DNA of 64,000 nucleotides from Promethearchaeota archaeon (GCA_048939265.1 JBHLPQ010000001.1:6726-70725), one strand, 5' to 3'. Shown: positions 46,404 to 56,170, numbered from the stretch's first letter. Notes: generated from the sequence alone by a model not told the origin. Numbers and translations: made by a program.

Positions 46404-46995
46404 AAAAAGAACTCTCCCAACAGAAGAAGAAGAAAGGAAACCAGTTCCACTCACAGATGCCGAAAAAGCCTATGTAAAAGAATGGAAAGCACATCCAATG
46501 CGAAAACCACGCATTTTAAAAGTGTGCGTGAACTTTGCAGTAGGATCATCCGGACCAAAACTGGAACAAGCTAGAGAACTGTGTGAAATCTTAACAAATC
46601 AAGCACCAGCAGATGGGAGAGCAAAAGAGTCTGTTAGAGGATTTGGTATTAGAAAACATGAACCCATCGCAGTATTCACAACGCTAAGAGGAGAACTTGC
46701 TGAAGAATTCCTGAAGAAAGCGTTTTGGGCTGTAGAAGATCAAGTTTCACAGAGAAATTTTGATAGACATGGAAACCTATCATTGGGAATAGACGACCAC
46801 CTAAAATTACCCAATATTAAATACGATCCTAAAATCGGAGTTCACGGATTTGATACAACAGTAGTTTTGGAACGCCCTGGTTATCGAACAAATCGACGGA
46901 GATCACGGAGAATGAAAATCCCAGCTAGCCATAGAATTACTAAAGAGGAAGGTATTGCTTTTTTCAAGCATGAGTTCAATCTTGGAGTTGTCTAA
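46393..46995 (+). CDS. rpl5: 50S ribosomal protein L5 (uL5)
   Basis: [38 protein letters not shown].......[20 protein letters not shown]....FLKKAFWAV matches uL5. Confidence 0.85.
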   Translation: MSFRKRTLPTEEEERKPVPLTDAEKAYVKEWKAHPMRKPRILKVCVNFAVGSSGPKLEQARELCEILTNQAPADGRAKESVRGFGIRKHEPIAVFTTLRGELAEEFLKKAFWAVEDQVSQRNFDRHGNLSLGIDDHLKLPNIKYDPKIGVHGFDTTVVLERPGYRTNRRRSRRMKIPASHRITKEEGIAFFKHEFNLGVV

Positions 46996-46996
46996 T

Positions 46997-47155
46997 ATGC
47001 ATAAGATGTCAGAGCCAAAGAAAAAGTTTGGGAAGGGAACACGTACCTGTCGGAGATGTGGGACACATAGAGCAGTTATACGAAAATATGGATTGTACAT
47101 CTGCAGACGATGTATCCGAGAAATTGCAGACGACTTAGGTTTTAGAAAATATTGA
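46997..47155 (+). CDS. rps14: 30S ribosomal protein S14 type Z (uS14, zinc-binding). Start moved to the internal ATG after the rpl5 stop.
   Basis: [45 protein letters not shown] is a canonical Zn-ribbon uS14. The in-table start at 46955 would overlap rpl5 by 40 nt. Confidence 0.8.
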   Translation: MHKMSEPKKKFGKGTRTCRRCGTHRAVIRKYGLYICRRCIREIADDLGFRKY

Positions 47156-48021
47156 CAGCTAGACGAACTCCATTCCAACAAATTCAACAAGTAATCCGAG
47201 ACCAAGAAATTCTACCAGAAAAAAAGCTTGCACTATTACCAAAACGCTGGAAGCGAGTAGGGGAAGTAGGGATATTAAATCTGAACCCAGAACTCTTACC
47301 CTGGAAGAGAGAAATAGGGGAAAAATATCTAGAATTCTTACCAGAACTAAAGACAATTGCACATAAAGTTGGAATAACAACTGCCACGATAAGGCAACCT
47401 GATAATGAGGTTCTAGCAGGAGACACCAATACAGTCACGCTACACAAGGAGTTAGGCTGTAAATTCTGGATAGACGCGCTGAAACTGACATTTTCCAATG
47501 GAAATCATGCAGAACGACAAAGGATGATAAGAATCTGCCAGAAACGGGAACAAATTATTGATATGTTTGCCTGTGTTGGAAACTTGTCATTACCAATAGC
47601 TGTTCACAATCCAGCTGTTAAAATAAAAGGAATTGAAATCAATCCAGAGGCATTTGAGTTCTTGAAAAAGAATATTCAGGTGAATCAGGTTAAGGAACAA
47701 TACCAAGCAGTATTTGGGGATAACCGGAAAGTCACACCAAAGGATTGGGCAGATCGAGTAATTATGGGATATTTCACCAGTGATAATGCTCAACTTGCTG
47801 CTGCCCTTACGAGTTTAAACCAAGAACATGGAGGAATCATTCATGTTCATGGATTATCTAGCTCACGTAATCCAACTGATTGGCATCCACAAATACAAGC
47901 AGTAATTGAAGAATCATTTCCTCATCTTATAATTAAAACTAATTATAAAAAAATTATCAAGACAGTCGCACCAGGCATTAACCACTATGTTAATGATATA
48001 GAAATACTATCCAATAAATAA
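47152..48021 (+). CDS. tRNA methyltransferase of the Trm5/Taw2 (Met-10+ like) class, TTG start
   Basis: SAM-dependent MTase motif I in a Met-10+ context ([16 protein letters not shown]...[21 protein letters not shown]), length 289 aa. The start overlaps the rps14 stop. Confidence 0.7.
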   Translation: MTARRTPFQQIQQVIRDQEILPEKKLALLPKRWKRVGEVGILNLNPELLPWKREIGEKYLEFLPELKTIAHKVGITTATIRQPDNEVLAGDTNTVTLHKELGCKFWIDALKLTFSNGNHAERQRMIRICQKREQIIDMFACVGNLSLPIAVHNPAVKIKGIEINPEAFEFLKKNIQVNQVKEQYQAVFGDNRKVTPKDWADRVIMGYFTSDNAQLAAALTSLNQEHGGIIHVHGLSSSRNPTDWHPQIQAVIEESFPHLIIKTNYKKIIKTVAPGINHYVNDIEILSNK

Positions 48022-48072
48022 GATGCAATCAGGGAAGGAAATCTGTCCACAGGGGCAATAAAAAAGATAAGC

Positions 48073-48966
48073 TTATTGTTTTTGCATGAAAGAGAGAAAT
48101 TCAGTAACTTGAGAATGAATATCACGAGCCTCCTCCTTAGAAAGAAGATAATTATCATGAATAACAGCATTACGGAGAGAGTTGAGGCGATTGAAAAACC
48201 GTTGGTACTGAAATAGCCCATAATGGGCCACTTTAGCATCTAAACCTGTTTTAAAGTTCCCATCGAGGCTCAACACCTCTCGCACTGTTGAATGAGCATA
48301 ATGGATGAAAGCATTAAGATAAATCAGATTTTCTCCTTTTGTCCCTTCTTCAAAGCATTCTAATGCAAGGTTCCAGACATTCTCTGCTTCAGGAGGTATT
48401 TGAAAAACAATCTTTGATTTAACTACAGGAGTAGAAATAACTGAAGGCCCATTGGTTTCAGGCTCATTAATCTGGGGAGATTCATCAGAAACATCAAGAA
48501 GTTCATCTGTTTTTGGAATTCCAGGAGGAAAGGATAGACGAATTTCTAACTGTTGTAGAATAGAATTTAACTCTGCTGTAATAGAAGGGTGGGATTCTAA
48601 CCTCGCTTTGGCCTCAATAAGAAAGAAAGATGCTTTGAGGAATTCATCTTTAGATTTAAAAATATCTGCAATCCGTAACCAAGTACTTACATCCTCTGGA
48701 CACCATTTAGTAGCCTCAAAAAATAGCTTTACTGCCTCAAGATCTTTGCCTTCTTCCTTCAGGATCATAGCTCGTAAAATCCAGAAATCTATCAACAGGG
48801 ATACGTTATTATTGCTTAATTCCCTAAGGGAGGCAATATGAACAGAATCAACATCCCCAGAATCATCAGCTAAGATTAATTCAACAATATCGATAATGGC
48901 TTCTCCATTAGGATGAGTTTCTAAACTCCTAACGAAATTAGAAACTAATTGGCTAGTTCCTTCCAT
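48073..48966 (-). CDS. TPR-like N-terminal domain fused to a C-terminal HEPN-like domain (putative RNase or RNA-binding protein)
   Basis: The N-terminal helical repeats are followed by a ~110-aa C-terminal helical domain ending in LNSLRNAVIHDNYLL, an Rx4HxxY arrangement like HEPN/HepT catalytic motifs. Confidence 0.45.
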   Translation of the reverse strand: MEGTSQLVSNFVRSLETHPNGEAIIDIVELILADDSGDVDSVHIASLRELSNNNVSLLIDFWILRAMILKEEGKDLEAVKLFFEATKWCPEDVSTWLRIADIFKSKDEFLKASFFLIEAKARLESHPSITAELNSILQQLEIRLSFPPGIPKTDELLDVSDESPQINEPETNGPSVISTPVVKSKIVFQIPPEAENVWNLALECFEEGTKGENLIYLNAFIHYAHSTVREVLSLDGNFKTGLDAKVAHYGLFQYQRFFNRLNSLRNAVIHDNYLLSKEEARDIHSQVTEFLSFMQKQ

Positions 48967-49121
48967 TGTTATTAACCGAAAAGTCTTAACATGTCAATTA
49001 TGAAAAAAAGATCTTTTACATTATTCTTACCTGTAGTTCTTTTTTAAAGTCCAAAAAAAAAGAAAATAATGATCGTAATCATTTCAGTAAGATACTGGAA
49101 AAAGGAGCCCTTTTGAAATTA

Positions 49122-50144
49122 TTAATCTCGAACAAATTCTTCCATAATTTTATCGGGTATCTCTATGGCAAATTTACAAACCATATCGCCCCATAATGCA
49201 GTCTGTAGTGGTTCAACATTTATAGCTTGATCAAAAATCTCATCCCAATATAATTTGAAATAACCTCCACTACAATAACAAAAATTTGGAGAAATCTCTT
49301 GTTCCGTTCCATCTTTGATGGCTCCCCGTACCCAAGGACAATAACACCAATAGTATCGTTTCATGTGATCTGAGTCAGCAGTCAAGAATCTTTTAATTTG
49401 ATAAGGAACTTTTGAAATAATAATCTTATTATTGTCCCGGACACCTGCACCCATGGTAGGGATTGATTTTATATACTCAAAGACTTCATCGTCAACTAAT
49501 TGAGCAAACATAGCTGTTCCATCATTTTTATGCCGCTCAACCTCGCTCAGGAAATCTTGACGTTTCAGCGCAAGAAATTGATCTAAATCCTTTAATTCTT
49601 GGAATTTCTCTTTATCGGTACCAACTGGTTGGCCACCATGTAAACAGGGCCGAAGCAACGCAATTGTCTTCTCCTTCCCTAGTTTATCTTCTAATCTTCT
49701 CATAACTAATTTTGTCACTTGAGGCTTTTTCTCAGGATGAGCTCCTAGAGGAGGAATTTCTATCCCCTCAAAAATTTCCTCTCGTACTGCTTCGCCATGC
49801 CAGTCAGCTATGCGATCATAGATAGTGTTCATGGCGGAATAGGATTCAGCGATGTCAAGTAATTCCTCCATGTGATGATGTGCTTCGATGAAAGGGAAAT
49901 ATCTCCAGAGTCCAATAACAAGGTGTCTTGCTGTTTCTTTATCGTTTAAAGCCAGCTGGTCAGCATACCTGATCAATTTTCCATAAGAAAAGGAATTTAT
50001 TGTCTCATTCTCTTCCTTAAGAAACTCAATAAAACCACGGATAGCTCCAAGGAGGTTGGGTATCTCAGTTTCTGGAACTTTGTTTTCTAAAAGAAAGGAT
50101 CTGTACTCTTCCAGCTGATATTCGTTTTTCTCCATATTGCTCAC
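49122..50144 (-). CDS. Hypothetical protein with a His cluster (EAHHHMEE) and a Cys-rich C-terminal module (CLHGG...CYCPW...CYCSGG...CKFA), possibly metal-binding
   Basis: 340-aa ORF with conserved-looking Cys/His spacing. No family assignment from memory. Confidence 0.4.
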   Translation of the reverse strand: MSNMEKNEYQLEEYRSFLLENKVPETEIPNLLGAIRGFIEFLKEENETINSFSYGKLIRYADQLALNDKETARHLVIGLWRYFPFIEAHHHMEELLDIAESYSAMNTIYDRIADWHGEAVREEIFEGIEIPPLGAHPEKKPQVTKLVMRRLEDKLGKEKTIALLRPCLHGGQPVGTDKEKFQELKDLDQFLALKRQDFLSEVERHKNDGTAMFAQLVDDEVFEYIKSIPTMGAGVRDNNKIIISKVPYQIKRFLTADSDHMKRYYWCYCPWVRGAIKDGTEQEISPNFCYCSGGYFKLYWDEIFDQAINVEPLQTALWGDMVCKFAIEIPDKIMEEFVRD

Positions 50145-50261
50145 GGTTCCCGTGAGTAATTGTCGAGTATATTATAGTCAAAAACTTTCCTTTCACTGCA
50201 AAATATCGAAGACTCCATTGATTGAGAAGGATAAGTGAATAATATCACTAATCCCCCTCTT

Positions 50262-52955
50262 TTATTTCCTCTTGAATCTATCTCTGAATAGTACAAGAAT
50301 ACCAAGAGATAATGAGAGTGTAAGGAAGCTAGAAAAAGAGGTAATGCGCGGGGTACCAGGTTCTCCAGATGTCGTAGTAGTAGTGGTATCTGAGAGCATT
50401 GGAAGAGTAGCACTTACTTCATCAGAATACTCACTCTCACCAATGGGGTTAACAGCAGTGACAACATAATAATAGGTGGTTTCACGAACGATTGTAGTAT
50501 CCTCGAAAAATGTATTGGAAGTGTCTTCTAAGAAAGAATAACTGCCACTAGAGGTACCACGATAGATGTTATAATGCGAAATCGCACGTCCACCAGTATC
50601 AGTAGGAGGAGACCAGCTCAAATGAATATTATCCTCACTAGGAGTGGCAAGAAGACCTCGAGGAGGTGTAGGAACTGTCGCAGGAACAATTGGAGTTGCC
50701 CACGCTTCATTAGAGAAGAAACTTTCCCCAGCGCTGTTAACAGCAGTAACAACATAATAATATGTAGTCCCAGCAACAACGGTAGAATCATCGAGAGTAG
50801 TTCCAGTAGTAGAATTTAAAAAAGAATGGCTCCCACTGGAAGTGCCACGATAGATGTTGTAATGTGTAATCACACTTCCACCGTCATAACTGGGAGGAGC
50901 CCAATTTAACGTTACAGAATGCTCCCCTGCGGTAGCTTGAAGGTTTAATGGAGCACTTGGGAGTTCTAAGACTTCATACTTTCTTAATTCAGATCGATAA
51001 TTATTACCCAGGGAATCATTCCCAAAAACCTGAACTGTATGAACTCCTACAGGAGGCATAAGAATGGTAGTATTACCCAGAGTAGTGATATTTGCCCCAC
51101 CATCGAGAGAATACCCTGTCCAGAAGGGGGGAGTTGGAGTCGTATAATTTAGGAGTAAACCCTCATTCAGATTATCTCCAACATAATAATTCGGATCCCA
51201 ACTGAAACCAAAGGCATCCCATTGAGTGGCTCCAAAATAGGTAGGGATATCACTAGCTAAATACAGTTCATCTAGTGTATCTAAATCATTTTGAAATTCA
51301 ACATTCTGGACACGACTAATTTCAGTCCCATTTTCATTGGCGACAGTCCAGGTAAATTGACCATTCGCCCCGAGCTCACAATCGAACTGGATGGAATGAT
51401 GGTACCATTCATAACTGACAAGATCCGATATTGAATGCCAAGTAGTCCCATCAGAATACTCAAGGTTACTTAAAGTAGCACTAACAACATTAATTCGGAT
51501 TTCAACAGCAATTGTATCATCAAAAGCACGTAACTGGAGATAATGGGTTCCTGTGTAAGGCGCATGGATATTCTCTACAAGGGTGTAGAATTGAATGGTG
51601 CCAGTATTGGGAGGAGTATTAAAATAATGAACGCCATAGGTGTACGTCGCAGCTTGAGCATCACCAATGTGAAGAACCTTCTTATGACCGTAAATAGGGC
51701 CGTCATGAACCCCAATTCCAACATACTCCCCAGCTGTTGAATACTCATCAAGAAATTCAAGTTCTAATCCTGTGGCAGTATGACGTTCATTCTCAAAGCC
51801 AAAGGTCGCAGGATAATACCCACTCATTGGGGAGTTATACACTGTAGCCTCAGGGGAATGTAATCGGATCGGATCATTTATTATGGAAGATAGAGGTTCA
51901 GATTCAGCACATTTTCGAACAAAAACCCAATCACAACGGATTTCAGGAGAACCAGTGCCATCATGCCATGTACGGGCGCGGACTGCATGACCCATGCCCC
52001 AAGAGTCAGTTGATTGAAGAGCCTCACCATACCAAGTACCAGGGCCAGCATACATATCCATGGTAAGAATTCGAACCTGTAACGGAAGAGTGGGTATGGT
52101 AGAACTGTTTGTATGAGCAATAACAGCAGTTCCATTATCAAATTCAGCCAGAGAAGCATGTATCCGTCGAATCTCATGGGTAAACCAGGTTTCATATGAG
52201 AGGGCATTATCGGTAACTTCCCATCCTACTTCATAAGTAAAATTTCTAGTGAAAAAAGTATCACTTGGACCATAGGTACGACCTGTAGAGACTCCATTGG
52301 CCCCTTTGGCTCCATAAGTTTGGCCATGGTTAACGTAAAAGTCACTAAAACCAATATGGACACTAGACGCATGATCACTAGGAGTATCCGTCTGTAAAGA
52401 AACAACACCCCCAGCGACATCGGAAGTACTATAGGTATCACTTTCAGTTGTCCACTTACTCGAATCAATAACTGAACCAAGAAAATCATCGAAAAAGAGG
52501 AATGTGGCTTCCCCATCGCTTCCAGAACTAGCAGCAGTATTACCAGAAAACATATTGAAGGAGGAAGTACCTGCATCAGGAATCTTTACCCAAATGATTG
52601 AGGTGCCAATTGAATCCCAGAGTTCTATCCAATAAGATAACGGATTATTCTTCAAATCAAAAAATCGAATATCCGCCCCACTTATCTGTGCACGGGAATA
52701 ATCGAAGTTAGAAGGAGTTAAGACAATTTTAACATTGTAATCGGGAGTAGGGGTGGACTGATCTAAAGCAATCAGACTGTGATAAGTCCAACCTGCAGGA
52801 ATAATAGAAGCCCTTAGTACACTACTGTTTTCAGGAATCATCTCTTCAGAGAGAGAATTCTCGGTTAAAAGACTCCGAGAAGAAAAAGGAAGATCTTCTA
52901 ATGAAGTTAAAAAAATACAAAAAATAATGGCAATTAAGATTAGGCTCTTTCTCAT
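50262..52955 (-). CDS. Secreted/anchored surface protein: signal peptide, DUF2341-like domain, a central beta-rich (LamG/jelly-roll-like) region, two tandem fibronectin type III domains, a poly-Thr linker, and a C-terminal TM helix with a basic tail
   Basis: N-terminal MRKSLILIAIIFCIFLTSL. Residues 70-150 match the DUF2341 pattern (YNVKIVLTPSNFDYSRAQISGADIRFFD..NNPLSYWIELWD....IWVKIP......MFSGN). Two FN3 repeats both contain ..WxPP..GG..I.HYNIYRGTSSGS..F......TYYYVVTAVN..GES. The C-terminus is TTTTTTSGEPGTPRITSFSSFLTLSLSLGILVLFRDRFKRK. Confidence 0.7.
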   Translation of the reverse strand: MRKSLILIAIIFCIFLTSLEDLPFSSRSLLTENSLSEEMIPENSSVLRASIIPAGWTYHSLIALDQSTPTPDYNVKIVLTPSNFDYSRAQISGADIRFFDLKNNPLSYWIELWDSIGTSIIWVKIPDAGTSSFNMFSGNTAASSGSDGEATFLFFDDFLGSVIDSSKWTTESDTYSTSDVAGGVVSLQTDTPSDHASSVHIGFSDFYVNHGQTYGAKGANGVSTGRTYGPSDTFFTRNFTYEVGWEVTDNALSYETWFTHEIRRIHASLAEFDNGTAVIAHTNSSTIPTLPLQVRILTMDMYAGPGTWYGEALQSTDSWGMGHAVRARTWHDGTGSPEIRCDWVFVRKCAESEPLSSIINDPIRLHSPEATVYNSPMSGYYPATFGFENERHTATGLELEFLDEYSTAGEYVGIGVHDGPIYGHKKVLHIGDAQAATYTYGVHYFNTPPNTGTIQFYTLVENIHAPYTGTHYLQLRAFDDTIAVEIRINVVSATLSNLEYSDGTTWHSISDLVSYEWYHHSIQFDCELGANGQFTWTVANENGTEISRVQNVEFQNDLDTLDELYLASDIPTYFGATQWDAFGFSWDPNYYVGDNLNEGLLLNYTTPTPPFWTGYSLDGGANITTLGNTTILMPPVGVHTVQVFGNDSLGNNYRSELRKYEVLELPSAPLNLQATAGEHSVTLNWAPPSYDGGSVITHYNIYRGTSSGSHSFLNSTTGTTLDDSTVVAGTTYYYVVTAVNSAGESFFSNEAWATPIVPATVPTPPRGLLATPSEDNIHLSWSPPTDTGGRAISHYNIYRGTSSGSYSFLEDTSNTFFEDTTIVRETTYYYVVTAVNPIGESEYSDEVSATLPMLSDTTTTTTSGEPGTPRITSFSSFLTLSLSLGILVLFRDRFKRK
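50406..50957 (-). repeat. Tandem in-gene duplication encoding two FN3 domains (about 88 aa each) of the 897-aa surface protein
   Basis: The protein-level repeat ...HYNIYRGTSSGS.SFL..T.......T.V...TYYYVVTAVN..GES occurs twice back to back. The underlying DNA shows corresponding similarity (complements of GTTAACAGC.GTGACAAC near 50451..50462 and 50736..50747). Confidence 0.6.
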
Positions 52956-53120
52956 GCAATCATCTCTAAAACTGAGGAATATAAGGCAGAATTTTCATCT
53001 AAGGACAAAATATAGTTTTACATACATTTGATAGTTTAAAAGGTTAGGTAACAGTATGAAAAGGTCTGCATGTAAGAGATTTGTTAAAATATCATCTCTT
53101 ATAATGAAAATTGCTTCAAA

Positions 53121-53648
53121 TTAAAGATTTAGAATCCTTAAATACTGGGTCCACGGACCAACATCATCTTTGTATCGTAAAGCTAAAGCCTCTAGAATCT
53201 GGAATAAATGGGTCAAATCATGAACAACCCAGGTGGCTAAATGTTGTTGTAACGTGACTTCCCCAAAATCAGGATGAATACCTGTTTTATGAAGATCATC
53301 AATAGTTACAGATTCTTTTAAAACCTCAAGATTTTGTGTTCGAAGAGCTGCAAACTGAGAAAGTCGCTCTGAAAGCCCTAGATGCTTATCAAAACCCTCA
53401 CGATTAAAAGGAGGAAATTCTTTCGACCCCTCTGGTGAAAGCATTATCTGCATGCGAGGAATCCAATCAGTTTGTTCTCCAGCAATCAGATGACCAATGA
53501 CCTCTGAAGGAGAAAAGGCTTGGTCGTGTTTGTGGAAATCAACCCAACTGCTAGCAAGACCTCCCAATAATTCTTGTAAGATGTGAGGTGTACGAGATAA
53601 AATGTCAATTGCTTCATGGATGTCATAAACCATAATTATACCAACCAA
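53121..53648 (-). CDS. DinB/YfiT-like (DinB_2 superfamily) putative metal-dependent hydrolase/thiol transferase
   Basis: 175-aa four-helix-bundle-like protein with spaced His residues (H..., VIGHLIAGEQTDW, VVHDLTHLFQI) typical of the DinB_2 His triad. Confidence 0.5.
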   Translation of the reverse strand: MVGIIMVYDIHEAIDILSRTPHILQELLGGLASSWVDFHKHDQAFSPSEVIGHLIAGEQTDWIPRMQIMLSPEGSKEFPPFNREGFDKHLGLSERLSQFAALRTQNLEVLKESVTIDDLHKTGIHPDFGEVTLQQHLATWVVHDLTHLFQILEALALRYKDDVGPWTQYLRILNL

Positions 53649-53758
53649 TCTGAATGGAGAGAGCCAAATACACTTTAGAAATTACCAAAATGCACTTCCA
53701 AAAAGACCAAAAACATATGTATATGAAAGCGTTTTGCTCACAGCCCAACGAATGAAAA

Positions 53759-55057
53759 ATGATAGTAAGGGCACTGAAATCCTTTTTAGGAATTGATCCC
53801 TTACCTGAACCAGCTCAACAATTACTATTGAAAACTGTTGGCTCATTTATATTATATGATACGGTGTGGAGTCTTTCCACCGCGTTCTATGTCCTTTTTG
53901 TCATTGATACCGTAGGGATTGAACAATTAGGAATACTCCTAGCGATCAGTTTTCTCATCCAGGCTATTTTCGATTACCCATCGGGTGTGATTGGAGATTG
54001 GATTGGTCAAAGGTGGATCCTCTTGGTTGGTTTCTTCTTGGAGGCGTTAGCTTTTGGTATTTTGACAATTGCTGATTCTTTCCCGAGTTTACTACTTGTG
54101 TATGTCATCAGGGCAATCGCGTTTTCACAACAATCAGGAGCAATAGAAACCTGGCTTGACAATAATTATAAATTGGCAACTAATGAGGCCGATCCGCAAA
54201 GAAAGATCTACAAGTTCTTCATGGGACGAAGGATGATGTTCGGGACCATGGTTTATGGAATCGCTACGGTATTAGGAGGGATTTACGCAATGATTTCTTC
54301 CCGAAGAGATGTCTTCCTCATCCAAGTTATAGGCTGGATATTAACAGCTCTCCTATTTTTCTATATTATTAAAGACTTTCCTGGAATCGAGCGGCCAAAA
54401 AAATCACTCAGGAATTACTTTAGCTTACTAAGAGAGGGAATTCAGTTTGTACTCACAAGTAGAATCTTGTTACTATTCATTATAGGCCTATGCATAGGAG
54501 AAGGGTTGGCAGCTCTCTGGTATGAACTAATATTATTTCCAGTGTATTTTGGTTACACTGGATCTGATGGTGGAGTAGGAATTCTGCGATTTGTCATTTT
54601 GATAATTGGTACACTCTTAACATATTACGCGGCAAAAATAGCAACAAGAGTAAAAATAATCCGAATCCCCTGGTTACGGCTCGTAGACACAGTATTTTTC
54701 TTTTGGGGGATTGCACTCTTAACACTGTTCTTTCCAATTAAGTATAATACGTATACTCCACTAGCAATCATCGTACTGATAATAAATTATTCAGCAATTT
54801 GGTTCTTTTACCAAATTGGAAATATTATTGCCCAACAATTCTTCTTGGATTATGTACCCGATCGAAATCGAAATTCCATCTATTCCTTAATACCAACTCT
54901 ATTATTACTTATAACAGCGCCAGGGGCAGTTATTGGAGCATCTTTAATAAAGAATTTCGGTTATTCGGTAACTGCTTTTATTTTAGGGGGGATGGGATTA
55001 GTCGCAGTTGCCTTTTACTATTTCTCTGTACGCTTAATACCAGAAAAAAACTTATAA
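53759..55057 (+). CDS. MFS-type transporter (12 TM)
   Basis: 432 aa, hydrophobic throughout, with MFS-like loop motifs (GVIGDWIGQRW between TM2 and TM3). Confidence 0.7.
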   Translation: MIVRALKSFLGIDPLPEPAQQLLLKTVGSFILYDTVWSLSTAFYVLFVIDTVGIEQLGILLAISFLIQAIFDYPSGVIGDWIGQRWILLVGFFLEALAFGILTIADSFPSLLLVYVIRAIAFSQQSGAIETWLDNNYKLATNEADPQRKIYKFFMGRRMMFGTMVYGIATVLGGIYAMISSRRDVFLIQVIGWILTALLFFYIIKDFPGIERPKKSLRNYFSLLREGIQFVLTSRILLLFIIGLCIGEGLAALWYELILFPVYFGYTGSDGGVGILRFVILIIGTLLTYYAAKIATRVKIIRIPWLRLVDTVFFFWGIALLTLFFPIKYNTYTPLAIIVLIINYSAIWFFYQIGNIIAQQFFLDYVPDRNRNSIYSLIPTLLLLITAPGAVIGASLIKNFGYSVTAFILGGMGLVAVAFYYFSVRLIPEKNL

Positions 55058-55186
55058 CAAAATTTAACTTCATCAATGAAGCCAAAATCTCTCGTTAGTT
55101 TCTAATTTAATCTAAAATTTTGCACAAATCTTCTGTTTTTTAAAGAATAATCACAATCTGATATACCCAATTCGGAATGATTAGCT

Positions 55187-56170
55187 TTGACCAATACAAG
55201 GTTATTACTGGGGGTTCTTGCTACAGTCCTGATAATTTCATCTCTAGGTTTTATTATGCTATTGGTATTTAGTAACCCTGGATTTTCTATAAAGGAGATT
55301 GCAAAAGTAAATACAGGCCAAAATACTTATTATATACAAGTTCAACAGGATTTAGCTGTTGTTTCTGACATTGATTTAGGTGGTTTACGAATTTATAACA
55401 TATCAAATCCAAATCAACCAATTGAAATAGCTACATATGTTGACGGCCCCGCTGGTCCTCATGATATCCGAATCAAAAATAATTTAGTGTTTCTAGCAGA
55501 CAGGGACGATGGGTTAGAAATAATTAACATTAGTAATCCCCTGAAACCAACCTTAATCTCAAAAATCAATACTGGCGGTTATGCCTGGGGAGTAGATATA
55601 GTGGGTGATCTTGTCTATGTTGCAGATCATAGCACAGGATTGCACATCATAGATACCAAGAATCTCACAGCTCCAAAAGAAATTGGGAATTATACCAATA
55701 GAAGCTATAATTGCGTCCATATAGCAACAAACAAGATAGCTTATGTCACTAGTGACCTAGGTTATGTCCACTTGATTGATGTATCAAATCCAAAAAACTG
55801 TACGCTAGTTGGAACGTTTAATAATGTCATATCACCTTGGGGAGTAACAACTAAAGATGATCTAGCTTATATTGTCGATTTCAGTGGAGGTTTTAAGATA
55901 ATCAATACAAGTAATCCTAGTCAACCTGTTGAAATTAAATCAATTAATGCAATGGGGGCTTGTTTAGATGTCTTTATACATAATGATCTGGCTTTTATCT
56001 CCAACTGGAGAGAGGGACTCGCAATCTATGACGTATCAGATCCTATAGATCCCCAATTTATAATGCAATATGACGAGTGTAAAGAGACAAAAATGGTCTG
56101 TGTTCAGAACGATTTGATTTACGTAGCGGATGGCTATTCAGGGGTACGAATTCTAAAAATTAGTTCTTAA
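55187..56170 (+). CDS. LVIVD-repeat beta-propeller protein with an N-terminal membrane anchor/signal
   Basis: Seven repeats of the form [DL][LI][AV][FY][VI]..D...G[LF].I.[ND][IT]SNP..P (for example LVFLADRDDGLEIINISNP, LAYIVDFSGGFKIINTSNP), characteristic of the LVIVD repeat (PF08309). N-terminal TM LLLGVLATVLIISSLGFIMLLVF. Confidence 0.7.
   Translation: MTNTRLLLGVLATVLIISSLGFIMLLVFSNPGFSIKEIAKVNTGQNTYYIQVQQDLAVVSDIDLGGLRIYNISNPNQPIEIATYVDGPAGPHDIRIKNNLVFLADRDDGLEIINISNPLKPTLISKINTGGYAWGVDIVGDLVYVADHSTGLHIIDTKNLTAPKEIGNYTNRSYNCVHIATNKIAYVTSDLGYVHLIDVSNPKNCTLVGTFNNVISPWGVTTKDDLAYIVDFSGGFKIINTSNPSQPVEIKSINAMGACLDVFIHNDLAFISNWREGLAIYDVSDPIDPQFIMQYDECKETKMVCVQNDLIYVADGYSGVRILKISS

Noticed and set aside
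50262-50420. PGF-CTERM archaeosortase signal on the 897-aa protein
   Set aside because: The Thr-rich linker, TM and basic tail fit the architecture, but the diagnostic PGF tripeptide is absent (the sequence has PGTPRITSF). Reported only as a generic anchor or possible novel sorting signal.
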